Assembly (NCBI GenBank): GCA_902762495.1
Contig: CACWOL010000005.1
Location: forward strand, 28,213-92,212
Length of the DNA: 64,000 nt
Reading direction: 5' to 3'
From: an uncultured bacterium
GTDB taxonomy: Bacteria; Verrucomicrobiota; Lentisphaeria; Victivallales; UBA1829
Both the position numbers and the translations under genes were made by a program. Positions 16,555 through 25,065 of the stretch are shown here, piece after piece. The number at the start of each line of letters is the position of its first letter. Position 1 is the stretch's first letter. Below the pieces are notes generated by a model, which made no database searches, was not told the DNA's origin, and worked only from the letters and a program-made list of their open reading frames with translations.

Positions 16555-18705
16555 TTAGTTCTTCAGAGGGAATCCGGGGAAAAGCACGTTGATCGTGTTG
16601 GCGGCCGCGGTCGTCTGTGTCGTCTTCGGCAGCTGCGACATAGTCTTCGCGAACATCGCGGGGAGCTTCTTTTCGCCCATCGCGTGAAGCGTGCGTGCGG
16701 CTGAGACGAGTTCCTCCGCGACGGCGTTCGCGGTGGCGGGGATCTCGGGATCTTCCGGCCTCAGCTGGGCGGCCTTGTCATAGTCTCCGCGCAGCGTCTC
16801 GAACGCGCAGAGGATGGTCGCGGCGGTCCGTCCGTCGTCACCGTACAGTTCGGTGTAGGCGGCCTTCGCCTCCTCCTGCGTAATCTTCTCCAGGTCGACG
16901 TCGTCGCCGGAGAACACGGCATAGACGCGGTCCAGGAAATTGATCCTGCGCATCATTTCCGTGCACCATTCTTCGAGGCGCGGCGAACGGAGCAGCTCTG
17001 TCGTGAGCATCTGCCTAGCGAGGGAGAAGCGCTGGGTGATGACGAGCTGATGCAGTCGCTGGCGCATCATGTTGAGCTTCTGTTCGTCGGATGCGGCGAG
17101 CTCCTCCTCGCGGGTCTTGCTCAGGGCGTTGTAGTCCGCCTTGCTCTTCACAAGGTCGTGCTGTGCGGAAATAAGGTCGGAGTGGTAGACTTCGCCTTCC
17201 TTGATCGCGGCGTCGATCTCCTCCTTGAGGCGCGGGACGATCTTGGTCTTCAGGTTCGCGATCTCGTCGTTCAGCAGGCTGACCTGGTTTTCGAGGGCGG
17301 CCGCGGATTCGGTGGAAGCCGTAGCGCCGCCGTCCGCGGGTTTTTCCTTATCCGTGCGCAGACTGAGCAGATAATTGATGTGGGACAGCATGTAGTGACC
17401 GATGCGGTCGTTGCGGAGGGTATCCTTGTTCGTGAATTCCCTGATCAGCGCCGTGGATTCCGCGTTCAGACGCTCCATGGGGATATCCGGGTTCGAGGCG
17501 AGGCGTTCGAACGCGTCGAGTTTCGCGAACATGGAGCGTTCGAAGGAGTGCCGCTGGAAATCGGAGAGGAAATAGATGGCGGCGACCGCGAGCAGAACGA
17601 GCGGGATCAGGGCGACCATGGCAATGGTGAACCACGGCTTTTTCTGCTCGGCGAGCTGTTTCTTCAGGATGCGTTCCTGCTTGCGCTTGTTGTTCACGTA
17701 CTCCGTCTGGATCTCGTAGTTCAGGCGGCGGATGGAAATGGTATGGACGTCCGGCACGAGGCTGCGGCTCGGCGCGGTGATCTGGCGAAGCTGCCAGATG
17801 GCGTCCAGCAGCTCCTCCATGTCGGCGAACCGCTTCGCCGGTTTCTTGGCCATCATCTTTTTGATGAGGGCGGAGACGGTCGACGGCAGGCCGGGTACGA
17901 AGTGTTCAGGCGGTTCCGGTTTCTGGTTGAAATGCTGGTTCGCGAGCGTGCTGATGGAGACGGCACGGAACGGGAGCGAGCCGGTAATCATCTGGTAGAG
18001 GGTGACGCCGAGGCTGTAGATGTCGCTGCGCGTGTCGAGCGGCTCGCCTGCGAACTGCTCCGGGCTCATGTAGGACGGGCTGCCTGAGATATCCATGTCC
18101 TCGGACCAGTCCTTCTGGTTCATGGCGAGGCCGAGGTCGGTCAGCTTGACGATGCCGTCGTCCGTGATCATGATGTTGTCCGGCTTCACGTCGCGGTGGA
18201 TCAGGCGGCTTTCGTTCCATGCGTAGCAGAGCGCCTCGGCGACCTGCTGGACGATGTGGAGCGCCTCGTCGATCGGGATGCGCTTCTCGCGTTTCAGGCG
18301 CGATTTCAGCGTCTCGCCCTTGATGTAGGTCATCGCCATGTAGCTGTAGCCGTCGTCCTCGCCGACCGCGTAGGACTGCACCAGATTGACGTGGCTGAGC
18401 TTGGCGGCGGCGCGGGCTTCGTTCAGGAACGTCGCCACGCCCTTTTCGGTCATATTCTTGTGGGAAAGGACTTTCAGCGCCACCTCGCGTTCCAGCGAGA
18501 TCTGCTGCGCCAGGAAAACGGTCCCGGCGGAACCCGCCCCGATCCGGCTCTGAATGATGAAGTCGCCGATGATGCAGCCGTTGTCGAAGCGCGTGGCGGG
18601 GATCGCGACCGTCTTGCCACACGCCGGGCATACGATGCGTCCTCCGGCGTCGGACTCTTCGACGGAGATCTGGAAATGGCAGAACGGGCAGGCGAAACGG
18701 AGCAT
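16555..18705 (-). CDS. Ser/Thr protein kinase with N-terminal zinc ribbon, one TM helix and a large helical C-terminal domain
   Basis: 716 aa. CPFC..(16)..CPAC ribbon, Hanks kinase motifs (HRDVKPDNIM, DLG, SPE), TM WFTIAMVALIPLVLLAVAAIYFL, then ~340 aa of unknown helical sequence. Confidence 0.85.
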   Translation of the reverse strand: MLRFACPFCHFQISVEESDAGGRIVCPACGKTVAIPATRFDNGCIIGDFIIQSRIGAGSAGTVFLAQQISLEREVALKVLSHKNMTEKGVATFLNEARAAAKLSHVNLVQSYAVGEDDGYSYMAMTYIKGETLKSRLKREKRIPIDEALHIVQQVAEALCYAWNESRLIHRDVKPDNIMITDDGIVKLTDLGLAMNQKDWSEDMDISGSPSYMSPEQFAGEPLDTRSDIYSLGVTLYQMITGSLPFRAVSISTLANQHFNQKPEPPEHFVPGLPSTVSALIKKMMAKKPAKRFADMEELLDAIWQLRQITAPSRSLVPDVHTISIRRLNYEIQTEYVNNKRKQERILKKQLAEQKKPWFTIAMVALIPLVLLAVAAIYFLSDFQRHSFERSMFAKLDAFERLASNPDIPMERLNAESTALIREFTNKDTLRNDRIGHYMLSHINYLLSLRTDKEKPADGGATASTESAAALENQVSLLNDEIANLKTKIVPRLKEEIDAAIKEGEVYHSDLISAQHDLVKSKADYNALSKTREEELAASDEQKLNMMRQRLHQLVITQRFSLARQMLTTELLRSPRLEEWCTEMMRRINFLDRVYAVFSGDDVDLEKITQEEAKAAYTELYGDDGRTAATILCAFETLRGDYDKAAQLRPEDPEIPATANAVAEELVSAARTLHAMGEKKLPAMFAKTMSQLPKTTQTTAAANTINVLFPGFPLKN

Positions 18706-18748
18706 GGGGCGGTCCTTGATTCAGGGGGGATGAGCGGAGTATAAAAAT

Positions 18749-18777
18749 AATATATCACATGTGCGCGAGGTTTGCAA
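18749..18777 (-). promoter_or_regulatory. sigma70-type promoter for the kinase gene
   Basis: Minus strand TTGCAA (18777-18772), 17 nt, TATATT (18754-18749). Confidence 0.5.
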
Positions 18778-18850
18778 ATGCGATTTATATTTTTCGATTC
18801 GCAAAAACGGCGGATGTGTATGAGCTAAAATGATAGCGGTGCAAGAGGTT

Positions 18851-20434
18851 TTAGTGATGGTTTGCCAGCGCGGCGTCGGCGGTGTGCAGACCGTCCACGG
18901 CGGCGGACACGATCCCGCCTGCGAATCCAGCGCCTTCGCCGCAGAAATACAGTCCGTCCACGCTCGATTTGTACGTCACGCGGTCGCGGTCGAACCGGAC
19001 CGGGCTTGACACGTGCGTTTCGCCGCCGATCATCACGCCGCGGTCGAGGAAGCCCGGCATGATCTTGTCAAAGTGAAGGAGCGCGCGCCGCAGGGACGCC
19101 GTGACCGGAGCGGGCATGATGGAGTCGAGCCGGGCGGGCGCGAGGCCGAAACAGTAGGATGTCTCCGAGGGGAGCCGTCCGGTTTTGCCGTTCAGGAAAT
19201 CCCGCGCGGTCTGTGCCGGGGCGACGCATCCGCCGCCGCCCGCCTGCGCGAGTCGGAGTTCGAGGTCATCGAGGAACGCGAACGCGTCGCCGGGCGCGCC
19301 AAACGTGCTGGCGGGGATCGTGGTGATGAGCGCGGCGTTGGCGAACTTGCCGTCGCGTGCGGCGTTGCTCATGCCGTTGGTCGAGAGATGGTCGGCGTCG
19401 GTCACGGCTGCGATGATCTCGCCGCCGGGGCACATGCAGAAGCTCGCGGCGCCGTCGATGCGCCCGTCCTGCGACGGGCGGCTGACGACCTGATACGGGG
19501 CGGCGCCGAGGGAGTCCGGCGGGATCGCCATGCCGTACTGCGCGGCGTTGATGAACTCCTGGGGGTGTTCGATGCGGATACCGACCTGGAAGCCCTTCAT
19601 GGACGACTGGACGTGGCCGAACAGCGACCACGTGAACGCACGGGCGCTGTGCCCGGCGGCGGCAATCACCACGTCGGATTCGAGCGTTTCGCCGTCCGCC
19701 AGCTGCACGCCGCTGCATTTCCCGTCGCGGATCAGCAGCTCGTCGACGCGCGAATCCCAGCGGAACGTCCCGCCGAGTCGTTTGATCTTTTCGCGGAGGA
19801 CGGCGATGATGCCGGGCAGACGGTCGGAGCCGAGGTGAGGGTGGCTGAAATAGGTGATGGACGGGTCCGCGCCGCATGCCGTGAGCGTTTCCAGCACGTA
19901 CATGACGGCAGGCTCGTGGATGCGCGTGAAGAGCTTGCCGTCGGACCATGTGCCCGCGCCGCCTTCGCCGTACAGGTAATTGCTCTCCGGATCGGGCATG
20001 CGCGAGGCACGGAACGCCTCGATGTCGCGTCTGCGGCGGTCAACGTCGCGGCCTCGTTCCAGCACGACGGGCGCGCATCCCGCCTGCGCCAGGACCAGCG
20101 CGGCGAAAAGTCCCGCCGGACCCGCGCCGATCACGAGCGGATTCTTCAGGGACGTTTTCCCCTCGAACGGACGGTATTTTTCGCGTGGCGTGTACGGCTT
20201 GATATTCGAGTTTTTGATTGGACGCACGCCATCCGCCAGATCGACGTCCGCACGGAACAGCAGCGCCACGGCGGGTTTCTTCCGCGCGTCGATGCTTTTC
20301 CGCACGATCCGGTAGCCCGGCACGTCGTCCGGGCGTACGCCTGCCGCCCGCGCGATGAACGGCGCGAGTTCGCGGTCAATGCCGGAACCGGCTTTCGCGG
20401 CGGGGATGGGCGGCAGGTCAATCGTAATGGTCAT
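18851..20434 (-). CDS. FAD/NAD(P)-binding oxidoreductase (uncharacterised FAD-dependent dehydrogenase type)
   Basis: 527 aa from ATG 20434. Dinucleotide fold VIGAGPAGLFAALVLAQAG and C-terminal GEGAGFAGGI. Confidence 0.7.
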   Translation of the reverse strand: MTITIDLPPIPAAKAGSGIDRELAPFIARAAGVRPDDVPGYRIVRKSIDARKKPAVALLFRADVDLADGVRPIKNSNIKPYTPREKYRPFEGKTSLKNPLVIGAGPAGLFAALVLAQAGCAPVVLERGRDVDRRRRDIEAFRASRMPDPESNYLYGEGGAGTWSDGKLFTRIHEPAVMYVLETLTACGADPSITYFSHPHLGSDRLPGIIAVLREKIKRLGGTFRWDSRVDELLIRDGKCSGVQLADGETLESDVVIAAAGHSARAFTWSLFGHVQSSMKGFQVGIRIEHPQEFINAAQYGMAIPPDSLGAAPYQVVSRPSQDGRIDGAASFCMCPGGEIIAAVTDADHLSTNGMSNAARDGKFANAALITTIPASTFGAPGDAFAFLDDLELRLAQAGGGGCVAPAQTARDFLNGKTGRLPSETSYCFGLAPARLDSIMPAPVTASLRRALLHFDKIMPGFLDRGVMIGGETHVSSPVRFDRDRVTYKSSVDGLYFCGEGAGFAGGIVSAAVDGLHTADAALANHH

Positions 20435-20630
20435 GGGCGGATGAAATGAGTTGGAAGCGTGGCGGATTATCTGGGGATTATGTTCGGTCAAATAATTTAC
20501 AGCGCATTTTTCCAAAAATCAACCGGACGCGCTTGAAAAACCGGATTTTACGGCAATATTAGATAGTGCGCAGCATATGCTCCACCTGTCTTCCGTGCCG
20601 CGCAAACCTTTCCCGATGGAGTCGAATCCC

Positions 20631-21545
20631 ATGAAATTGTTTTCTTTCGTCTCGGCAGTCTGCCTGCCGGTTCTTCTGTTCCTGTCCGCACCCGTCTTCG
20701 CCCAGGACGCGCCGAACACTCCCCCAGCTCAGGACGCGCCCGAACGCCGCGTCATTCCCCCGCTCACGCTGGAGGAACGGATCGTCGATCTGATCGAGGC
20801 GATCCAGGATGAAGCGCCGGAGACGTACCGCCGCATGGCGGACCTCCCGCGCGAGGAGGCGCTTGCCCGCGTGATGCGCGCGCTGGACAGCGGCGCGGTC
20901 CTCGTTTCCGGCATCGGAAAAAACGGTAAAACGGATGCCGCCGTGCAGGATGCCGAAGTGAAAAACTATCCGGCGCTTATGCTCACCGGGAAAAAGTTCC
21001 TGTATCTCCGGTTCGACGGCTTGACGGCGCTGACCGTGCCAGAGGCTGTGAAAGCGCTCGACGAAAGAGGCGGCAACGCGGATGCGTCCGGCGTGATCTT
21101 CGACCTGCGGAATGCAATTTACGGAGACTACGGTTTCGAGGAATCTCTGGCGGAGTCCGCACGCAAGCTCAAATGTCCAGTCATGGTCCTGATCTCCGGC
21201 AAAACGAAGGGAGCCGGGGAACTTCTTGCGGCAGTCCTGCGGCGCGATTGCGGAGCGGTCCTGATCGGTACGGAGACGGCGGGATCCGTTTTCCCCGTGA
21301 AACGCATTACCGTCAACGACGTCGCGTGGTTTGTTCCGAATCCGCCTGCGCGGTATTCCGGGATATCCCCGTACGCACTGAAACCGGATCTGGAAAAAAC
21401 TTCCGAGGCGCGTCTGGACTACGACCGGCTGAAGGAATCGCCCGACAAGCTCGACGGCGATCCCGTGCTGCGGCTTGCCGCCGACCTGCTGACCATGAAG
21501 GCCGCGGTCAAGCCTGTGGAGCCGTCTCGGTCTCCGGCGCAGTGA
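20631..21545 (+). CDS. secreted S41 (C-terminal processing peptidase)-like protein, catalytic residues apparently not conserved
   Basis: 304 aa from ATG 20631 with a signal peptide. S41-like blocks GVIFDLRNAIYGDYG and PVMVLISGKTKGAGELLAAVLRRDCGAVLIGTETAGSVFPV. The usual SASAxE and TFGKG positions read TKGAGE and TAGSV. Confidence 0.55.
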   Translation: MKLFSFVSAVCLPVLLFLSAPVFAQDAPNTPPAQDAPERRVIPPLTLEERIVDLIEAIQDEAPETYRRMADLPREEALARVMRALDSGAVLVSGIGKNGKTDAAVQDAEVKNYPALMLTGKKFLYLRFDGLTALTVPEAVKALDERGGNADASGVIFDLRNAIYGDYGFEESLAESARKLKCPVMVLISGKTKGAGELLAAVLRRDCGAVLIGTETAGSVFPVKRITVNDVAWFVPNPPARYSGISPYALKPDLEKTSEARLDYDRLKESPDKLDGDPVLRLAADLLTMKAAVKPVEPSRSPAQ

Positions 21546-22341
21546 CTTTTTCACTCGCTTCAGCTGCGGGCGCGGCTTCCGTTTTTATTACATTTGAGGG
21601 TATGGCGGTGTCCGTTTTCTGCACGGATTCCGCGGCGGGCGCTTTTGCATTGCCTTCCAGCGCCTCGGGATCGGGCGGTTCACAGCCTTTCAGGATGAAG
21701 GAGATGATGCCCACGATGATGACGACGGGCAGGATGAGGTGCACCAGCAGGGCGTGGAAACTTTCCGCGTTGTGCCATTCCCGAATCATCTCCGGGTGCG
21801 CCGCCAGAAACGTCTCGTGATACTTCATCAGGTCGGCGAGCTCGGCCTCGCGGTACGGTTCCAGCGCGGGATCGCGGTCGGCGGAAGCGGCGACCATGCG
21901 GTGCCCGACCTCGACGTTCTCCTTCTTTTCGGAGTGTTCCAGCACCTTGCCGAGGATCATCAGGTGGACGGGGTACTTCAGGAAACGCGGCGAGAAGGGT
22001 TCCGGCATGCGGAGCTCGACGTATTCGAGCATGTACCCGAAGTTGTCGAACCTGACGCATCCCTGCAGGAAGCGCGAGAAATTGAGCGACTGGCTGCGGC
22101 GCACGATCATGGCGATGAGGCCGACGATGACCACGTAGCCCGCGGCGGCGAACCCGTAATACTGGAGCTTGTCCTGCCCTGCGGCATTGTGCGCGGCCTT
22201 GTTCACGAAGAACACGGTCATGCCGAGCAGGTAGATCGCGCCGACGGTCAGCGACACGGCGAGTTTGTGCGAGCATTTGTAGCGGAACTGCTTGAGCTCG
22301 TCTTTCGTGAAAAGCGGAACGGGGGCGGTATTTTCCGGCAT
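21508..22341 (-). CDS. hypothetical membrane protein (3 TM helices)
   Basis: 277 aa, ATG at 22341. Coding-like composition and hydrophobic helices. No family recognised. The 3' end overlaps the convergent S41-like gene by 38 nt. Confidence 0.5.
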   Translation of the reverse strand: MPENTAPVPLFTKDELKQFRYKCSHKLAVSLTVGAIYLLGMTVFFVNKAAHNAAGQDKLQYYGFAAAGYVVIVGLIAMIVRRSQSLNFSRFLQGCVRFDNFGYMLEYVELRMPEPFSPRFLKYPVHLMILGKVLEHSEKKENVEVGHRMVAASADRDPALEPYREAELADLMKYHETFLAAHPEMIREWHNAESFHALLVHLILPVVIIVGIISFILKGCEPPDPEALEGNAKAPAAESVQKTDTAIPSNVIKTEAAPAAEASEKVTAPETETAPQA

Positions 22342-22391
22342 GGTTTGTATGCGGTCCTTCTGCTGAGGTAAATGTGTGCTGGCTGCGGCGT

Positions 22392-23405
22392 TTACTTGTC
22401 GTTTGCTTCCTGCGCGTACTCCACGCCGGTGATCGCCTGGAGCTCCTTCTGGATCGCGGAGACGGTCTCTGCGGGGACGCCGTCGAGCGAACGGGCCGTG
22501 AGGTAGCGCACCTGGACGTCCTGGATCGTGGAGAGGCGTTCCTCGGAGAGCGTGCGGTCCTTCAGGAGCAGGCAGTGGAGGACTTCCTCGTCGGTGAGCT
22601 CAGTTTCCTTGATGATTGCGTCAGCCATGCTCCGCATCGCTTCCGCCGTGTAGCGTTCTTTTGCGAGGCGCACGAAGAGCGCGAACGCCTGTTTCAGCTT
22701 CGCATCGGAAATGGCCTTGCCGCGTTTGCGCAGGTCGGTTTCGAAGCGGGCCGAGAGCTGCTGCGCCGTGCGGACGATGACCTCGCGCCGGAGCGACACG
22801 GCGATCTGGCCGATCAGCGCCTCATGGTCGTCCGTGAGCGTGATGCCGCAGGCGACGCCCTCGTATTCGGGATGGCGCGGCGTCCACCATTCGTAGAACT
22901 TCCGGTAGACCGGCTCCATGGCGCGGATGAACTCCTCCGACCTCAGCACTGCCGCCTGTCCCGCGGCGGTCCACTCGGCGCGGAGCTTCTCCTGTTCGGC
23001 GGGGTCGCGGATGCCCATGAGCTGGCGGATCATCGCCTCCTCGGAGAGACGGCGCCGGGCGCATTCCTTTTCGATCGTATCGCGGAGGAACGGCTCGGTG
23101 TCGAACTCCGCCGTGCAGTCCTGAAGCAGCGTCGAACAATACGCGGCCTCGTCCGGCGTCAGGTCGATCCCGTACAGCGCGGAAAACTCGTTCTGGAAAC
23201 TCTCCAGCACGGCCTCGCGCATCCCGTCGTTCACGGACACCTTCGCCGGGACGTCCAGCGCGGTCATCAGGGTTTGGACGGTCGCGGGCGGGGCAGGGCG
23301 GAGAAACGCCCGGACGGCGATCGCGACGACGGCGATCACGACCTGCGCCAGCACCAGGCTGAAGACCGAAAGTTTCGTCCTGTCATTGTTTTGATTCTCG
23401 GACAT
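22392..23405 (-). CDS. hypothetical membrane-anchored helical protein
   Basis: 337 aa. N-terminal TM LSVFSLVLAQVVIAVVAIAV, then an E/R/A-rich helical region. No family recognised. Confidence 0.5.
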   Translation of the reverse strand: MSENQNNDRTKLSVFSLVLAQVVIAVVAIAVRAFLRPAPPATVQTLMTALDVPAKVSVNDGMREAVLESFQNEFSALYGIDLTPDEAAYCSTLLQDCTAEFDTEPFLRDTIEKECARRRLSEEAMIRQLMGIRDPAEQEKLRAEWTAAGQAAVLRSEEFIRAMEPVYRKFYEWWTPRHPEYEGVACGITLTDDHEALIGQIAVSLRREVIVRTAQQLSARFETDLRKRGKAISDAKLKQAFALFVRLAKERYTAEAMRSMADAIIKETELTDEEVLHCLLLKDRTLSEERLSTIQDVQVRYLTARSLDGVPAETVSAIQKELQAITGVEYAQEANDK

Positions 23406-23471
23406 GCGGAGGGGATTCCTTTCCTGAATGATATGGCGATTGCCGCCCGGTTTACATAAATTCAGGTATTA

Positions 23472-23499
23472 AATATAGTTTCTTTTCCGGGTTTTTCAA
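23472..23499 (-). promoter_or_regulatory. sigma70-type promoter
   Basis: Minus strand TTGAAA (23499-23494), 16 nt, TATATT (23477-23472). Confidence 0.45.
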
Positions 23500-23646
23500 G
23501 ATTCGGAGCGTACGATTCGCGCGGCCGCCGGAAAAAACGCGCAAAAAAACGGTTTTCCCATTTGATTTTTGAAAAAGCGTGATATAGTATACCGAAAAGC
23601 CATTCACACGAATCAACCGGCAAAACGCCGTATCAGGAGGTACAGA

Positions 23647-23994
23647 ATGACCAACTATCTGAAGGGAAAAACGATCCGTCTCCGCTGCAAGAAAGATTAT
23701 CCCGGCGCACACACGCACATCCTCATCGGCCGCGTGGTCGAGGAAAACGAAAGCTACCTCGCCGTGCAGGGCCGCTCGTTCCACTTCGCCCGCATCGTGG
23801 ACGGCATGAAAAACCAGATCAATGTGGGCCAGGAAACCGTCCGCGTGGTCCCGTGGGCCAACGTGGAGCTGATCCACTGGCTCACCGAGCGCACCGACTG
23901 GAACGCCGAGATCGGATTCGATGTGAAGGGCTCGCTGATCCTTCAGGATCCCGCCCGTACCATGATCGCGGAGCGCCGCGACGGCTTTAATTAA
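23647..23994 (+). CDS. hypothetical protein
   Basis: 115 aa from ATG 23647, preceded by AGGAGG. The track start 23569 lacks an RBS. No family recognised. Confidence 0.5.
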   Translation: MTNYLKGKTIRLRCKKDYPGAHTHILIGRVVEENESYLAVQGRSFHFARIVDGMKNQINVGQETVRVVPWANVELIHWLTERTDWNAEIGFDVKGSLILQDPARTMIAERRDGFN

Positions 23995-24064
23995 GCGAAA
24001 CAAAAAGCAGCCCGCGCTTCGACCGGGCAAAAAGAACAAACGTCTGTTTCTCCGGAGGTGAACC

Positions 24065-24916
24065 ATGAACAGAACTGGGGAAATCAATCCTGCGACGAAA
24101 CGTTCCGGGACGGTCATAATCCTCATCGTGCTTGCGGTCCTGCTTTTGGGGGGCGCGGGCTTTCTCTTCTACTGGTTCCGCATGGGCGAACCGGCGAAGG
24201 GGTATTACGAGGCCGCGAAACAGGGCGACGCCGAGGCGCAATACCAGCTTGGCGAATGCTATTACAACGGCAACGGCGTGAGAAAAAGTTTTTCCGAAGC
24301 GGTCAACTGGTATCGCAAAGCCGCCGAACAGGGGCACGCTGACGCTCAATTTATGTTCGGGAGATGTTGCTATCACGGCGAAGGCATAAGCAAAGACTAT
24401 GGCGTTGCTTTTGAGTATTATCGCAAAGCCGCCGAACAGGATCACGCGAAGGGACAGTGCGGCCTTGGCTATTGTTACTATGATGGCGAGGGTGTGGAAG
24501 AAGACAAAGAGGAAGCCGTCAAATGGTATCGGAAGGCGGCGGAACAGGGAATCCCGGAAGCGCAGAACCAATTGGCCGTTTGTCTTATGAGCGGCGAAGG
24601 CGTCGACGAAGACAAAGAGGAGGCCGTCAAATGGTTTCGAATGGTCGCTGAACAGGGAATCCCGCAAGCGCAGTCCAATCTCGGGAATTGTTATTTCAAT
24701 GGCTGGGGTGTGGAAGAAAACAAAGAGGAGGCCGTCAAATGGTATCGGAAGGCGGCAGAACAGGGGAATACGTATGCGATGGTGGCTCTCTCAGTCTGTT
24801 ATATGCTGGGTGAAGGTGTTCCCGTGAATAAAACTGAAGCGATTCGGTTGCTTCACAAGAGCGCAAAACTTGGAAATCCGGAAGCACAAAAAGCCCTTAA
24901 AAAATTGGGGTTCTAA
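24065..24916 (+). CDS. Sel1-repeat (SLR/TPR-like) protein with N-terminal TM anchor
   Basis: 283 aa with a GGAGG RBS. About seven 36-aa repeats of the form AQxxLGxCYxxGxGVxxDxxEAVKWYRKAAEQG. Confidence 0.85.
   Translation: MNRTGEINPATKRSGTVIILIVLAVLLLGGAGFLFYWFRMGEPAKGYYEAAKQGDAEAQYQLGECYYNGNGVRKSFSEAVNWYRKAAEQGHADAQFMFGRCCYHGEGISKDYGVAFEYYRKAAEQDHAKGQCGLGYCYYDGEGVEEDKEEAVKWYRKAAEQGIPEAQNQLAVCLMSGEGVDEDKEEAVKWFRMVAEQGIPQAQSNLGNCYFNGWGVEENKEEAVKWYRKAAEQGNTYAMVALSVCYMLGEGVPVNKTEAIRLLHKSAKLGNPEAQKALKKLGF
24490..24800 (+). repeat. three near-identical 108-nt coding repeats (Sel1 units)
   Basis: GAAGACAAAGAGGA(A/G)GCCGTCAAATGGT(A/T)TCG.. recurs at about 24500, 24608 and 24716 (period 108 nt = 36 aa). 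Confidence 0.8.
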
Positions 24917-24975
24917 GCAAAGGAAAACTGATAATCTGGCAGGTCTATCCGCCGAAAATGAACATATAAAAGAAT

Positions 24976-25018
24976 CGCCTCCGGGACAGCGTTCATGCCT
25001 TTCCGGAGGCGTTTTTTT
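24976..25018 (+). terminator. rho-independent terminator of the Sel1 gene
   Basis: Stem CGCCTCCGG (24976-24984) / CCGGAGGCG (25003-25011) followed by T7 (25012-25018). A second hairpin GTGTCCG..CGGACAC lies at 25021-25042. Confidence 0.75.
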
Positions 25019-25065
25019 CCGTGTCCGAGCGGAGCCGGACACTACTGCAGTGGAAGCATTGCCTC

